The position numbers and the translations under genes are program-made. Positions 26,275 to 37,442 of a stretch of 64,000 bases of DNA are shown one piece after another. The notes under the pieces were generated by a model. The model ran no database searches, had not been told where the DNA came from, and saw only the letters and a program-made list of their open reading frames with translations. Each line of letters starts with the position of its first letter. The stretch's first letter is position 1. This DNA comes from an uncultured Actinomycetota bacterium. GTDB taxonomy: Bacteria > Actinomycetota > Actinomycetes > DATJPE01. Where the stretch lies: assembly GCA_963819985.1 (NCBI GenBank), contig CAWFYH010000004.1, positions 397,422 to 461,421 on the forward strand. The letters run 5' to 3'.

Positions 26275-26961
26275 GTGGCGGCGAGCGATGGCACCACCCC
26301 CGCGAAAGCCCCCGCGACACCCGTGAGCGACCGACCGTCGGCTGCTCCGCCCAGCAAGACGCGAGGGCGGATGAGCGGCGCCGAACGGCGTGCCCAACTG
26401 ATCGAGGTCGGGCGCTCGCTGTTCGCCGACAAGGGCTTCGACGGCACGAGCGTTGAGGAGATCGCCTCGAAAGCGGGGGTCTCCAAGCCCGTCGTCTATG
26501 AGCACTTCGGTGGCAAGGAAGGTCTGTATGCCGTCGTCGTCGACCGCGAGATGCAACGCCTGCTCGATGGCGTGACCGGCGCCCTCACGGGCGGACATCC
26601 GCGGAGCCTGCTCGAGCAGGCCGCCTTGGCCTTGCTGGACTACATCGACGACAACGCCGATGGCTTCCGGATCCTGGTGCGCGACTCGTCGGTCGGAACG
26701 ACTAGCGGTTCGTTCGCCAGTCTCATCAATGACATCGCGACCCGAGTGGAGCATCTGCTCCTGGGGGAGTTCAAGGCTCGTGGCTTCGACACGAAGTTCG
26801 CGCCGATGTACAGCCAGATGCTCGTCGGCATGGTCGCCTTGACGGGGCAATGGTGGCTCGACGTGCGCAAGCCGAAGAAGACCGAGGTGGCAGCGCACCT
26901 GGTCAACCTGGCGTGGAACGGACTGTCGGGGCTGGAGAGCCGACCGCGTCTGCACGGCTGA
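26275..26961 (+). CDS. TetR family regulator
   Basis: HTH IASKAGVSKPVVYEHFGGKEGL. True start may be ATG 26371. Confidence 0.92.
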   Translation: MAASDGTTPAKAPATPVSDRPSAAPPSKTRGRMSGAERRAQLIEVGRSLFADKGFDGTSVEEIASKAGVSKPVVYEHFGGKEGLYAVVVDREMQRLLDGVTGALTGGHPRSLLEQAALALLDYIDDNADGFRILVRDSSVGTTSGSFASLINDIATRVEHLLLGEFKARGFDTKFAPMYSQMLVGMVALTGQWWLDVRKPKKTEVAAHLVNLAWNGLSGLESRPRLHG

Positions 26962-27000
26962 GGGCAGCGCCGAAGCCCCGGTTGACGCTAGCGTCGGCGC

Positions 27001-27507
27001 ATGACCGTGCCACCAGATCCCTACGCGCCTCAGGACCAGCCGCCGCCGCCCGCCCCCGAGCAGTACGGCCAGCCACCGCCTGGACAGCCCCTACCGCCCT
27101 CTCCCGCCGGCCAGGTGCCACCCGGTTACGCCCAGCCCTACGGGCAGCCGTACGGGCAGCCGTACGGGCAGCCGGCGAAACAGGGGCCACCCCAGGGCCT
27201 TGCCGTAGGTGCGCTGATCGTCGGCATCATCGGAGTGCTCCTGTCGTGGATTCCGGTGGCCGGCGCCATCATCGGAGTGGTCGCTCTCATCTTGGGAATC
27301 GTCGCCTGGCGACGAGCCGGCACTGGGCGCGGTGGTGGGATGGCGATGGCCATCACCGGGGCGATCCTGGGGTTGGTCGCCATCGTCGTCGGAGTGATCG
27401 TCACTGCGCTCGCGATCTGGTTCTTCGCTCGCACCTGGGACTGCTACGACTCGAGCCTGACCGAGACGCAGCGAAACAGTTGCTTCGAGAACGCCTTCGA
27501 CAGCTGA
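27001..27507 (+). CDS. DUF4190-like membrane protein with Pro/Gln/Tyr-rich N-terminus
   Basis: QPYG repeats followed by two TM helices (GLAVGALIVGI, MAITGAILG). Confidence 0.7.
   Translation: MTVPPDPYAPQDQPPPPAPEQYGQPPPGQPLPPSPAGQVPPGYAQPYGQPYGQPYGQPAKQGPPQGLAVGALIVGIIGVLLSWIPVAGAIIGVVALILGIVAWRRAGTGRGGGMAMAITGAILGLVAIVVGVIVTALAIWFFARTWDCYDSSLTETQRNSCFENAFDS
27133..27174 (+). repeat. 12-bp tandem repeat CAGCCGTACGGG x3.5 (QPYG)
   Basis: Read directly from the sequence. Confidence 0.85.
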
Positions 27508-27548
27508 CGGCGCTCCCCGAACCGTCGGGACAGTCGAGCGTTGTGGTC

Positions 27549-27562
27549 TCTTGACGTCGAGA
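27549..27562. promoter_or_regulatory. Candidate MarR (TamR-type) operator palindrome
   Basis: TCTTGACGTCGAGA, 6/7 symmetric pairs, 15 nt before the GTG at 27578. Confidence 0.55.
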
Positions 27563-27577
27563 CACTACGGTTGGAGC

Positions 27578-28084
27578 GTGGAAGACGAGGTCGATCGGCT
27601 GGTCGAGGCGTGGCAGCGTGAACGACCCGACCTCGACGTCACACCGCTCGGAGTTCTTTCCCGCGTGAGCCGACTGGCTCGCCATCTCGATCGAGCACGC
27701 CGGGTGGCCTTCGCCGGGCACCAGCTCGAGGCGTGGGAGTTCGACGTGCTGGCTGCGCTTCGCCGCGCAGGGGCGCCCTACGAGCTGTCTCCTGGTGTCC
27801 TGCTCACCCGCACCCTGGTCACCTCGGGGACGATGACCAACCGGATCGACCGGCTTGAATCGCGTGGCCTGGTGGCCCGTCGAGCCGCACCGAGCGACCG
27901 ACGAGGGGTTCTCGTTCGCCTCACGGACGCGGGACGCGCGGCCGTCGACGACGCCCTTGCCGAACTGCTCGAGCACGAGCGAGCCATCCTGACCGACCTG
28001 AAGCCGGAGGAGGGCGAGCAGCTCGCAGACCTGCTTCGGATCCTCGTCTCCCCCTTTGACGCCGAGGATTCCCCAGCTCCGTGA
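27578..28084 (+). CDS. tamR: MarR regulator, TamR/urate-responsive type
   Basis: VEDEVDRLVEAWQRERPDLD, WEFDVLAALRR, VTSGTMTNRIDRL. Confidence 0.8.
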   Translation: MEDEVDRLVEAWQRERPDLDVTPLGVLSRVSRLARHLDRARRVAFAGHQLEAWEFDVLAALRRAGAPYELSPGVLLTRTLVTSGTMTNRIDRLESRGLVARRAAPSDRRGVLVRLTDAGRAAVDDALAELLEHERAILTDLKPEEGEQLADLLRILVSPFDAEDSPAP

Positions 28085-28122
28085 CGGTCGTACCGCTCGT
28101 TCGCCACGAGCGGAGCGTCAGC

Positions 28123-28815
28123 TCAAGCCGGCTCGAAGCGGCCGTTGCGCAGGATCGGCACGACGTCATCGACGTCAAGATCGTCGGCCATCTGTACGTC
28201 TCCGAGGAAGCCGCGCTCGATGAGCTCGAGCCCGCTCGGGCACTGCGCCAACGGACGCCGGCCGCCGAAGGCCAGCGCTGCCGCTAGCGCGTCCGGGCTC
28301 GAACCACCCTCGAGCACGCCCAGGCCGGCTGCCAGGGCACCTGCCCCGATGAGGTCCTCATAGCTTGGTCGCAACGTCCCGTCCGGCCAGCGCTCCCCCG
28401 CTGGGACCAGCCCCACGCGATCTATGCCCTCAAGCGCGGCCACCACCGCAGAAGCGTTGCGCAGACATGCGGCGTAGACCGGGATGCCGGCGCTGACCAC
28501 GGTGTGCGCGATGCCGGAACCGTTGGGTGACGGCAGGATCAGTCGACTGCCCGGCGCAAGGTCGAGCAAGCTGCCGGGCGAGAGCGTTGGACCCTCACGG
28601 CTGGAGCGTCCACGGGCCAGGACTGCCCCGATCTCGCGGGCCAGGTTTTCGGCACCCTCGATGCCCCAGACATGCGGCCACACGAGCACTCCGCGGCGCA
28701 CCGCCACTGTGACCGCGGTGGTGAACGACAGCACATCGATGAGAACCAGCGCATCACAGCGCTCGGCGAGCACCCGGGCGCCTGTCGGACCCCATTCGAG
28801 CTCCACGCGTGTCAT
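28123..28815 (-). CDS. 2-phosphosulfolactate phosphatase (ComB) family protein
   Basis: VLIDVLSFTT, LPSPNGS, ACLRNA, EDLIGAG. Confidence 0.85.
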   Translation of the reverse strand: MTRVELEWGPTGARVLAERCDALVLIDVLSFTTAVTVAVRRGVLVWPHVWGIEGAENLAREIGAVLARGRSSREGPTLSPGSLLDLAPGSRLILPSPNGSGIAHTVVSAGIPVYAACLRNASAVVAALEGIDRVGLVPAGERWPDGTLRPSYEDLIGAGALAAGLGVLEGGSSPDALAAALAFGGRRPLAQCPSGLELIERGFLGDVQMADDLDVDDVVPILRNGRFEPA

Positions 28816-28874
28816 GCGTCTCCTCTCAGGCGAACGGTCTGCCTGCTCGAGAGGTTCTCGGTCGCCCGGCGACC

Positions 28875-30671
28875 CTACGGGACGTCGTCGACGTCCTCGG
28901 CCAGGCGTAGCCACTCGTCTTCGAGCGTCGCCCGCTCCGTTGACACGGATCTGAGCTCGGCGTCGAGGGCCAGGACTGCCTCATGGTCTGCCGCAACCTC
29001 GACCAAGGCACCATGCAGTCGGGCTTCTTCCTCGCCAAGACGCTGGAGCCGACGCTCGATCCGGGCCAGCTCCTTGCCCGCCGCACGCCGCTGCGCCGAA
29101 GAGCCCTCGCCCCGCGGGGCGGCACCAGCGAACGCTGCCCCCGAACCGGTCGAAGCAAGGGCGGCGCGCGACTCCCCTCGCAGCTCGAGATACTCCTCAA
29201 CCCCACGGGGCAGGTGTCGCAGCCGACCATCACCGAGCAGTCCGTAGATCTGGTCGCAGACCCGTTCCAGCACATAGCGGTCGTGCGAGACGAGGATGAT
29301 CGTCCCTGCGAAACCGTCCAAGAGATCCTCGAGCGAGGTCAACGTCTCGATGTCGAGATCGTTGCTCGGCTCGTCGAGGAGCAAGACATTGGGCTGGTCC
29401 ATCAGGAGTCGGACGAGCTGGAGCCGCCGCCGTTCCCCACCAGACAGCTCGGCCACCCTGGTCCACGCGCGGTCGGCTCGAAAGCCCAGCCGCTCCACGA
29501 GCGAGGACGCCGACAGGGTCCGGCCGTCCCCGAGGTCGACCTCCCGCCGAACCCCCTCGACGGACTCCAACACTCGAAGGTCTCCGTCGATCTCTGGAAC
29601 CTCTTGGGTCAAGAACGCAGGACGCACGGTCTGACCGACACGCACCCGGCCGGACGCAGGGGCCAGCTCCCCGCTGAGGAGCCGGAGCAGCGAGGTCTTG
29701 CCGGCTCCGTTGACTCCGACCAGCCCGATGCGGTCACCGGGTCCAACAACCCAGGTGAGGTGATCCAGCAGGGCCCGCTCCCCGACCTGAAGCGTCACGT
29801 CCTGCACCTCGTAGACGGTTCGACCCAGGCGGGTGGTGGCAAACCGCACGAGCTCCACGGAGTCGCGCGCCGGGGGTTCGTCGGCGATCAGCTCGTTGGC
29901 CGCGTCGATCCGAAAACGTGGCTTGCTCGTACGCGCGGGCGGACCGCGGCGCAGCCAGGCCAGCTCCTTGCGGACCAGGTTGCTGCGGCGAGACAGCTCG
30001 GCGGCCCGGACCCGGTCGCGTTCGGCGCGCGCGAGCACGTACGCGGCGTAGCCACCGTCGTACTCGTGGACCTGCCCGTCGGCGACGTCCCAGGTCCTTG
30101 TTGCCACCGCGTCGAGGAACCATCGATCGTGCGTGACGACGACGAGCGAACCGCGCCGCGCCACGAGGTGGCCGGCCAGCCAGTCCACGACCTCGACGTC
30201 GAGGTGGTTGGTCGGTTCGTCGAGGATCACCAGGTCGGGGTCATCGACCAGCAGACCCGCAAGTGCCACCCGCCGACGTTCGCCTCCGGACAGCACGCCA
30301 ACGGCAGAGTCGAACGCGAGGTCCCCCACAAGAGCGCTCACGGCGGAGCGCACGGAGAAGTCGGCGGACCACTCGTGGTCGGATCGGCGTCCCACGACAG
30401 CCGATCGGATCGACCGGTCCGGGTCCAGCACGTCGTCTTGCGCCAGGAAGCCGACCCGCACACCGCCGGTGAGCGTCACTCGCCCCGAATCGGGGGTCTC
30501 CAGCCCGGCGATCAAGCGAACCAGGGTGGACTTGCCGTCCCCGTTGCGCCCCACCACCCCGATTCGATCGCCCGCCGATACTCCGAGGCTGACTCGATCG
30601 AGGATGCTGCGGAGCCCGTACCCCTTGGTGACGCTCTCAAGATTGACGACGTTGACGACGGCATTGCTCAC
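28875..30671 (-). CDS. ABC-F family ATPase (Uup-like)
   Basis: Two NBDs (GRNGDGKST, GVNGAGKT; LSGGERRR; LDEP), no TM domain, C-terminal coiled coil. Confidence 0.92.
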   Translation of the reverse strand: MSNAVVNVVNLESVTKGYGLRSILDRVSLGVSAGDRIGVVGRNGDGKSTLVRLIAGLETPDSGRVTLTGGVRVGFLAQDDVLDPDRSIRSAVVGRRSDHEWSADFSVRSAVSALVGDLAFDSAVGVLSGGERRRVALAGLLVDDPDLVILDEPTNHLDVEVVDWLAGHLVARRGSLVVVTHDRWFLDAVATRTWDVADGQVHEYDGGYAAYVLARAERDRVRAAELSRRSNLVRKELAWLRRGPPARTSKPRFRIDAANELIADEPPARDSVELVRFATTRLGRTVYEVQDVTLQVGERALLDHLTWVVGPGDRIGLVGVNGAGKTSLLRLLSGELAPASGRVRVGQTVRPAFLTQEVPEIDGDLRVLESVEGVRREVDLGDGRTLSASSLVERLGFRADRAWTRVAELSGGERRRLQLVRLLMDQPNVLLLDEPSNDLDIETLTSLEDLLDGFAGTIILVSHDRYVLERVCDQIYGLLGDGRLRHLPRGVEEYLELRGESRAALASTGSGAAFAGAAPRGEGSSAQRRAAGKELARIERRLQRLGEEEARLHGALVEVAADHEAVLALDAELRSVSTERATLEDEWLRLAEDVDDVP

Positions 30672-30687
30672 GAGGTGGGCACGCTGA

Positions 30688-31620
30688 TCAGACCGAGCGG
30701 TCGACGACGCGGGCGCCGTGCACCGGGCCGTCCGCTCGTCGCACGAGCCGGCAGACTCCGGACGAGGACAACGCCACGGTCAGATCGAGGGCATGCTCCT
30801 CGTCCCTGGCCAGGAACGCACAGGTCGGCCCGGAGCCCGAGATGAGGCCGCCCAGCGCCCCGTGCTCCTGGCCGACGTCCAGCACCTGATGGAGGCGGGG
30901 GCGAAGCGACAGGGCCGCGCCCTCCAAGTCATTGCTGAGTGAGGCTCCTAGATCCGCAGCATCCCCTGCCCGAAGCGCGGCCATCAACGCGTCGGACACC
31001 CGCGGTTCGGGGCGCACGTGGCCTTCGACCATCCGGTCGTACTCCGCATAGACCTCCGCGGTCGAGAGCCCTCGATCCCCCAACGCGAAAACCCACAGGA
31101 ACCGACCTCGGGCCAACGCCGGCGTGAGGTGTGCGCCGGTGCCCACCCCGACGGCCGTGCCTCCCAGCAGTGCGAACGGCACATCGGCGCCGAGCCCCTC
31201 GGCCAGCTCGACGAGCTCCTCCCGCTCCAAACCGGTTCCCCACAGCTCGTCACACGCGATGAGCGCCGCCGCTGCATCGGCCGAGCCGCCAGCCATTCCT
31301 CCGGCCACGGGGATTCCCTTGCGGATATGGAGATGGACGTCGGGCTCGACCTGGGCGGCGTCGGCGAGCGCAACCGCGGCGCGCGCCGCAAGGTTGGACT
31401 CATCGGCGGGTACGTCGTCGGCGCCTTCGCCCTCCACCGACACTGACACAGTTCCATCACCTGGGCTCGCCGTGACGTCGTCGACGAGACCAACGGCGTG
31501 AAAGACGTTGACGAGCTCGTGGTAGCCGTCGCCCCGTGGTGCACCAACCGAGAGCTGAAGGTTGACCTTGCCGGGAGCGCGAACGGTCACAGCTTGGGAT
31601 GACACGGCCGCAGAGCTCAC
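30688..31620 (-). CDS. ispE: 4-diphosphocytidyl-2-C-methyl-D-erythritol kinase
   Basis: [39 protein letters not shown] overlap. Confidence 0.95.
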   Translation of the reverse strand: MSSAAVSSQAVTVRAPGKVNLQLSVGAPRGDGYHELVNVFHAVGLVDDVTASPGDGTVSVSVEGEGADDVPADESNLAARAAVALADAAQVEPDVHLHIRKGIPVAGGMAGGSADAAAALIACDELWGTGLEREELVELAEGLGADVPFALLGGTAVGVGTGAHLTPALARGRFLWVFALGDRGLSTAEVYAEYDRMVEGHVRPEPRVSDALMAALRAGDAADLGASLSNDLEGAALSLRPRLHQVLDVGQEHGALGGLISGSGPTCAFLARDEEHALDLTVALSSSGVCRLVRRADGPVHGARVVDRSV

Positions 31621-32483
31621 GAGGTGGAGCCTACGGTGGGCCGACGTTCCGCGAGCCTCGCGAACTCGCGGACTCCGAGCTGTTCCCCACGCACAGACGG
31701 GTCGACCCCAGCGTCGAGCAGGGCCCGCTCTGCCGCCGTCGCCGACCCAGCCCAGCCGGCGAGGGCAGCCCGCAACGTCTTGCGGCGCTGCGCGAAGGCC
31801 GCGTCGATCACTGCGAACACCTCCATCCGGCTGGCCGTCGTTCTCGGTGGCGGGCGGTGGTCGAGGGCGACCAGAGCGGAGTCGACGTTGGGGGCCGGCC
31901 AGAAGACACCCCTCGCAACGCTCCCGACCCGGGAGACGTCGCCGTACCACTGGGCTTTCACCGACGGGACGCCGTACACGCGACCTCCAGGGCCGGCCGC
32001 GAGCCGGTCTCCGACCTCTGCCTGGACCATCACCAAGGTGCGTCGAAGGGTGGGCACGAGCTCCCAGAGGTGCAAGAGCACGGGGACGGCCACGTTGTAG
32101 GGAAGGTTGGCCACGAGAGCCGTCGGCGTCGGTCCGGGGATCTTCGTCACACGTAGTGCGTCGGCCTCGAGCACGCGCACGTGCGCTGACCATTGGGGCG
32201 CGCGGTCGCGCACGGTGATCGGGAGCTGAGTGGCGAGCCGTGGGTCGAGCTCGACCGCAGCCACCTCGTGCCCTGCTGCCAGCAGACCCAGCGTGAGCGA
32301 CCCGAGTCCGGGACCGACCTCGAGGACGACCTCACCGGACACCAGGTCGGCGCTGCGGACGATGCGGCGGATGGTGTTGGCGTCGATGACGAAGTTCTGA
32401 CCGCGCTGCTTGCTGGGGCGCAGGTCAAGCTGCCGAGCTAGGGCACGGACGTCGCGGGCACCAAGGAGTCCGTCATCGATCAC
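31617..32483 (-). CDS. rsmA: 16S rRNA adenine dimethyltransferase
   Basis: [32 protein letters not shown]. Confidence 0.96.
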   Translation of the reverse strand: MIDDGLLGARDVRALARQLDLRPSKQRGQNFVIDANTIRRIVRSADLVSGEVVLEVGPGLGSLTLGLLAAGHEVAAVELDPRLATQLPITVRDRAPQWSAHVRVLEADALRVTKIPGPTPTALVANLPYNVAVPVLLHLWELVPTLRRTLVMVQAEVGDRLAAGPGGRVYGVPSVKAQWYGDVSRVGSVARGVFWPAPNVDSALVALDHRPPPRTTASRMEVFAVIDAAFAQRRKTLRAALAGWAGSATAAERALLDAGVDPSVRGEQLGVREFARLAERRPTVGSTS

Positions 32484-33586
32484 GTGAACAGCATGCGGCC
32501 GCACACGGGCCAGGGCTGCGCGCCGCGACTGCGATAGAGCAGCTTGGCTCGATAGGTCTGTTCGCTCGGGGACGCGTTGATCGGGTTTCCCGATCCGCCG
32601 ACGCTGGCCCAGGTGCCGAGGGTGAATTGATAGAGGCCGAAGTAGCGTCCGCCACCGCCCACGGACCGCGGGTTGCCGCTGCTCTCGCAGCGCGCGAGCG
32701 CCGGCCAGTTGAGCGAGTCGACCGAACCTCCAACGGATGGGTTCGACGTTGGTCGAGACTTCGTCCCGTAGTGGATCACCCGAGCCACGGGCTTGCGGGC
32801 CGTCTTCACCGAGACGCGCTTCTTCTTGAACAGCTTGCCGTCGTGGTAGGTCAGCAGATAGGTGACCTTCTGCCGCCCGGCGTGCCCCGAGCGGACGGTG
32901 TGGGTAACCCCCTTGTACAAGGAGCCGTCGGCCTTGCGGATCGTCCGGAACTCGACCGAGCGCTTCTTCGTCGTCTTCTTGGTCGTCACCCGAACGACGG
33001 TCAGGGTCATCCCGGCAGCGACGGGCCTCGCGAGATCGGTGCTGACCAAGTCCGTGGTTCCGATCTCGACTCCCACCCCACTGAGGGCCTCGGCGACCGT
33101 CGGCGCGGTCGTGACGACTCGGCTCGTGATGCCGTCATGCCGAATGGTGACGGTCTTGGGCGTCGTCATCTCGAGAGTGAAGCCGGTGAGCGGGAGACGC
33201 TGCGAACGCGACGCGGTCAGCGTGGCCGCCGAATATCGCGAGCCGAGCGACCTGGCGAGCTCGTCGACGGTCTGGGCGGTCGTCCACAGCTGGCGAGTCA
33301 CCCCGTCGATGGTCAACGACACCGGACGACCCCGCAGCACCTCGATCTGCGCACCGTCAGCCACCGCCGAGGTGCCCGCGGGAATCACGACGTCGTGCTC
33401 ACCCACGACGACCGCCTGATCGGCGAGTACGTCGGCCACCGTGGAAGCGAAGGTCTTGACCTGCTGGGCGTCTCCGTCCACCGACACGGTGATGGTCTTG
33501 TCGGCGCTCATGAAGCCGACCGTGCCCGCCACGACGGCGGCGACCACGAGGGCACGCACGACCACGGCAGAACTCGGACGCCTCAC
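32480..33586 (-). CDS. rpfB: Resuscitation-promoting factor RpfB (DUF348 x3, G5, lysozyme-like domain)
   Basis: [32 protein letters not shown]; tatD-rpfB-rsmA-ispE synteny. Confidence 0.92.
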   Translation of the reverse strand: MRRPSSAVVVRALVVAAVVAGTVGFMSADKTITVSVDGDAQQVKTFASTVADVLADQAVVVGEHDVVIPAGTSAVADGAQIEVLRGRPVSLTIDGVTRQLWTTAQTVDELARSLGSRYSAATLTASRSQRLPLTGFTLEMTTPKTVTIRHDGITSRVVTTAPTVAEALSGVGVEIGTTDLVSTDLARPVAAGMTLTVVRVTTKKTTKKRSVEFRTIRKADGSLYKGVTHTVRSGHAGRQKVTYLLTYHDGKLFKKKRVSVKTARKPVARVIHYGTKSRPTSNPSVGGSVDSLNWPALARCESSGNPRSVGGGGRYFGLYQFTLGTWASVGGSGNPINASPSEQTYRAKLLYRSRGAQPWPVCGRMLFT

Positions 33587-33622
33587 GCTGCTCCAGAGTT
33601 AGCAGACCCCGGGCACAAGGTT

Positions 33623-33737
33623 CGGCGAGCGCCCCGCACCACGGCCGCAGACCGTGCTGAGGGGTCGAGGTGACGCGCGTCGTCTCCGGACCCTTCGGCC
33701 CGAGCAGTCGACGTGCCCCCTCGACAAGCGCCCGCCG
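33623..33737 (-). ncRNA. Candidate structured 5' leader of the rpfB-rsmA-ispE operon
   Basis: 10-bp closing stem (33728-33737 with 33623-33632, one G-U), nested GTCGAGG/CCTCGAC stem, a GAAG-capped hairpin and a second hairpin; -10-like TAACGT at 33774-33769. Confidence 0.5.
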
Positions 33738-33839
33738 AGGCTTCCCCGCCCCGGCCGACAAGCCCACGACGTTAGCGCTCTGGCCCGGCGATGTCAGCCT
33801 GGGTCCACAGCCCGGACGGACGATATCGGGTCAAACCGG

Positions 33840-34718
33840 TCAAAAATCCCCGAAAACCGAGAGGGAGTTGGCTGCGATCTGGGCGGCGAGGTCCTCTTCG
33901 GGCAGGTCGAGGACGTCGGCCATCACCCGGACCGTGAGCGGAACCAGGTAGGAGGCGTTGGGCCGACCACGGAAGGGCTGCGGGGTGAGGAACGGGGCGT
34001 CGGTCTCGACCAGGAGCAGTTCCAGAGGTGCCACCGTCAGCGCAGCCCGCAGGTTGGCGGCGTTCTTGAACGTGACCGTCCCAGCGAAGGACATGAACCA
34101 CCCTCGCTGCGCACAGATCTTGGCCAGCTCGGGACCGCCGGAGAAGCAGTGGAAGACCACCCGATCCGGAGGCCCTTCGGACTCCAGCACGGCGACGACC
34201 TCGTCATGGGCATCCCGGTCGTGGATCACCAGCGCCTTGTCGTGCGCCTTCGACATGGTGATGTGCCGACGGAAGGACTCCTCCTGGGCGGCCCGGCCCT
34301 CGGCAGGGGTGCGAAAGAAGTCGAGGCCGGTCTCGCCAACCGCGCGCACGCGTGGGTGAGCCGCCAAGGCGTCGATCTCCTCCCAGGCGGCGCTCAGCAC
34401 TTCGCGACCCTTGGTCGCGAGCGTGGGTGCTTCGTTGGGGTGCAGCGCTACGCCCGCCAGGATTCCGGGGGTTGCCGCGGCGATCTCCACCGACCAGCGT
34501 GCACTGGGTAGGTCGCAACCGATCTGCACGATTCCGGAGACCCCCACCGCTTGCGCCCTTCGCAAGGCGTCATCCACCGGTAGTCGCCCGAGCTCGCCGT
34601 CACCCTCCGCTGCATCGTCGTCCCCGCGACCGCCCCGCCCGATGTCGAGGTGGCAGTGGCTGTCGTAGACGGGCACCGCCAGCGGTTCCGGCTCGGCGGG
34701 ATAGCTGTCGTCCTTCAC
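33840..34718 (-). CDS. tatD: TatD family hydrolase
   Basis: DSHCH, LHPN, VGETGLD, IHDRDAH, FHCFSG, VETDAP. Confidence 0.95.
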   Translation of the reverse strand: MKDDSYPAEPEPLAVPVYDSHCHLDIGRGGRGDDDAAEGDGELGRLPVDDALRRAQAVGVSGIVQIGCDLPSARWSVEIAAATPGILAGVALHPNEAPTLATKGREVLSAAWEEIDALAAHPRVRAVGETGLDFFRTPAEGRAAQEESFRRHITMSKAHDKALVIHDRDAHDEVVAVLESEGPPDRVVFHCFSGGPELAKICAQRGWFMSFAGTVTFKNAANLRAALTVAPLELLLVETDAPFLTPQPFRGRPNASYLVPLTVRVMADVLDLPEEDLAAQIAANSLSVFGDF

Positions 34719-36505
34719 TCCTCGGCCGCCAGGCGGGCGAGCTCCTCGTCGACAACAGACGGATCAAGCTTGGTGAAGACGGGCGTGGGTGCTTCCAGGG
34801 ACGTACCCGCAACAACTGGACGCGATCGCCACCGGGCGTGGCCCGTGTAGTCACCCATGATCACCGGATAGCTCGGGCCGCCGTCGAGGTCGTCGACCTC
34901 GCGGATCTCCGGCGAGGGGCTGACCGTCCCCTGAGAGCCCAACAGCTCGTGAATCGTCTGCGCGGAGTGCGGGAGGAAGGGTGAGAGCAGCGTGTTGCAG
35001 TCCTGAACCGCCTGCAGCGCAACGTGCAGGACGGTCTCCATCCGAGCCGGATCTTCGTTCTTGAGCTTCCAAGGCGCCTGGTCGGACAGGTATTTGTTGG
35101 TCTCGGCCACCACCCGCATGGCTTCGCCGACCGCGGCACGCTGCCTGGACCCCGCCAGCAGATCGCCGACGGAGGTGAACCCGCCCTGGACCACGGTGAG
35201 CAGCGCGTGGTCGGCGTCGGTCAGCTGGCCGGCGACCGGGACCGAGCCGACGTTCTTGGCCGCGAGCGACACGGTCCGGTTGACCAGGTTTCCCCAGCCG
35301 GCGACGAGTTCATCGTTGGTCCGTCTCACGAACTCGGCCCACGTGAAGTCGGTGTCCTGCGTCTCCGGACCGGCCGCGGCGATGTAATAGCGCAGCGCGT
35401 CGGGCTGGTAGCGGGCGAGGAAGTCTCTGATGAGGATCACGACCGAGCGCGACGAGGAGAACTTGCGTCCTTCCATGGTGAGGAACTCGCTCGACACCAG
35501 CTCGGTGGGGAGATCCAGCGCGCCGAGGGCGCCAGGAGTGCCGCCGTTCGAGCCTTTCCCCTCATAGCCAAGCAGGATCGCTGGCCAGATGACCGAATGG
35601 AAGACGATGTTGTCCTTACCCATGAAGTAGTAGCTGGTCGCCTCGGGGTCCTGCCACCACTTGCGCCACGCCTCGGGGTCACCGGTCCTTCGTGCCCACT
35701 CAACAGATGCCGAGAGATAGCCGATGACCGCGTCGAACCAGACGTAGATCCGCTTGTCCGGACGGTCGAACCAACCCTCCAGCGGGATCGGGATCCCCCA
35801 GTCGAGGTCACGGGTGATGGCCCGCGGCTGCAGGTGGGACAGCAGATTTTGGCTGAACTTCAGCACGTTCGGGCGCCAGTCCTGGCGAGTCTCCATCCAG
35901 GATCCGAGCGCCTCGCTGAACGCGGGCAGGTCGAGGAAGAAGTGCTCCTGCTCGACAAAGATGGGAGTCTCGCCGTTGATCTTGCTCCGAGGGTTCTTGA
36001 GATCGACGGGATCGAGCTGGTTGCCGCAGTTGTCGCACTGGTCGCCGCGGGCGCCGTCATAGCCACAGATCGGGCAGGTGCCCTCGACATAGCGGTCGGG
36101 AAGGGTGCGCCCCGTCGACGGCGAGATCGCCCCGAGGGTCGTCTTCGGGACGACGTACCCGTTGCGGTGCAACGTCTTGAACAGCTCCTGCACCACGGCG
36201 TAGTGGTTACGCGTCGTCGTGCGGGTGAACAAGTCGTAGGACAGGCCGAGGCCCTGCAGGTCCTCGACGATCACCCGGTTGTAGCGGTCGGCCAGCTCGC
36301 GGGCCGTGACCCCCTCGTTGTCGGCCTGCACCTGCACCGGCGTGCCGTGCTCGTCGGTGCCACTGACCATCAAGACGTCGTCACCAATCATGCGGTGGTA
36401 GCGGCTGAACACGTCAGAGGGAACACCGAACCCGGAGACGTGCCCGATGTGTCGCGGGCCGTTGGCGTACGGCCACGCGACTGCCGTCAAGATGGCTTTG
36501 GACAT
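34715..36505 (-). CDS. metG: Methionyl-tRNA synthetase (short form)
   Basis: [23 protein letters not shown]...CDNCG, KFSSS. Confidence 0.97.
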   Translation of the reverse strand: MSKAILTAVAWPYANGPRHIGHVSGFGVPSDVFSRYHRMIGDDVLMVSGTDEHGTPVQVQADNEGVTARELADRYNRVIVEDLQGLGLSYDLFTRTTTRNHYAVVQELFKTLHRNGYVVPKTTLGAISPSTGRTLPDRYVEGTCPICGYDGARGDQCDNCGNQLDPVDLKNPRSKINGETPIFVEQEHFFLDLPAFSEALGSWMETRQDWRPNVLKFSQNLLSHLQPRAITRDLDWGIPIPLEGWFDRPDKRIYVWFDAVIGYLSASVEWARRTGDPEAWRKWWQDPEATSYYFMGKDNIVFHSVIWPAILLGYEGKGSNGGTPGALGALDLPTELVSSEFLTMEGRKFSSSRSVVILIRDFLARYQPDALRYYIAAAGPETQDTDFTWAEFVRRTNDELVAGWGNLVNRTVSLAAKNVGSVPVAGQLTDADHALLTVVQGGFTSVGDLLAGSRQRAAVGEAMRVVAETNKYLSDQAPWKLKNEDPARMETVLHVALQAVQDCNTLLSPFLPHSAQTIHELLGSQGTVSPSPEIREVDDLDGGPSYPVIMGDYTGHARWRSRPVVAGTSLEAPTPVFTKLDPSVVDEELARLAAEE

Positions 36506-36558
36506 GGGCCCGATCCTATGGCCGCGCCGCAACCGCTTTGCGTCCGAGCAACCGTGCT

Positions 36559-37401
36559 CTATAGGCCACTGTTGCTCGGACGCAAGGATGCGTCGTAGAG
36601 ATCGTGCGCGGAGAGGTTGGTCTCTGCAGCGATCGCGGCGGCGGCTGATTTTCGACGTTCCCCCGCTGCGACCCGATCGCGTACGGCTGCCGCGGCGTCC
36701 TCGAGATCGGCCGGCGGCGGTTTCGGGGCGCCCTGGACGACAACGGTGATCTCGCCCCTGACACCGGGGGACGCCCAGGTGACGAGGTCCACGAGCTCGC
36801 CCCGACGGACTTCCTCGTAGGTCTTCGTCAGCTCCCGGCACACCGCTGCCGGCCGCGTCGGGCCGAAGGCCGCGGCCATGGCCTTGAGGGCCGCGGGCAA
36901 CCGGTGCGGGGCCTCGAAGAACACCATCGTGCGGGGCTCCGTGGCCAAGCCGCTGAGCAGCCGCGACCGCTCACCGGTCTTGCGTGGCAGGAACCCCTCG
37001 AAGCAGAAACGGTCGACGGGCAGGCCACTCACGGCGAGGGCCGTGAGGACCGCCGACGGACCGGGAGCCGCCGTGACCCGGATGCCCGCCTCGACCGCTG
37101 CGACGACCAGCCGGTAGCCGGGGTCGGAGACCAACGGCATCCCTGCGTCGGTGACCAAGACGACGGTGCGCCCGTCGACGAGGTTGGCGACCAGATCCGG
37201 TGTGCGCGCCTGCTCGTTGCCCTCGAAGTAGGAGACCACTCGCCCGGTGGGCCGTACTTCCAGGTCGGCGCAGAGGCGTCGCAACCTACGGGTGTCCTCG
37301 GCCGCGATGACGTCAGCGCTCACAAGCAGTTCGGCGAGTCGGCTCGAGGCATCTCGCGGGTCTCCCAGCGGAGCGGCCGCCAGCACCAGTAGCCCGCCCA
37401 T
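36559..37401 (-). CDS. rsmI: 16S rRNA C1402 2'-O-methyltransferase
   Basis: [33 protein letters not shown]. Confidence 0.95.
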   Translation of the reverse strand: MGGLLVLAAAPLGDPRDASSRLAELLVSADVIAAEDTRRLRRLCADLEVRPTGRVVSYFEGNEQARTPDLVANLVDGRTVVLVTDAGMPLVSDPGYRLVVAAVEAGIRVTAAPGPSAVLTALAVSGLPVDRFCFEGFLPRKTGERSRLLSGLATEPRTMVFFEAPHRLPAALKAMAAAFGPTRPAAVCRELTKTYEEVRRGELVDLVTWASPGVRGEITVVVQGAPKPPPADLEDAAAAVRDRVAAGERRKSAAAAIAAETNLSAHDLYDASLRPSNSGL

Positions 37402-37442
37402 GCCCCCTGCCTACCACCCAGGGCCGCGCATACGATGCCCGG

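Noticed and set aside
28983-30845. Long + strand ORF (620 aa), and similar ones at 35024-36598, 47078-48202, 55554-56879 and 8/9 kb
   Set aside because: Antisense or off-frame shadows of well-supported genes, expected in GC-rich DNA; Arg/Pro/Ala-rich with no motifs.
33587-33760. Second c-di-AMP riboswitch before rpfB
   Set aside because: Only fragments resemble it (GGCGGGGAAGCC, CTGCTAACTC); the GGGGTGAA and CCCGAACCCG-CAGCT blocks are missing.
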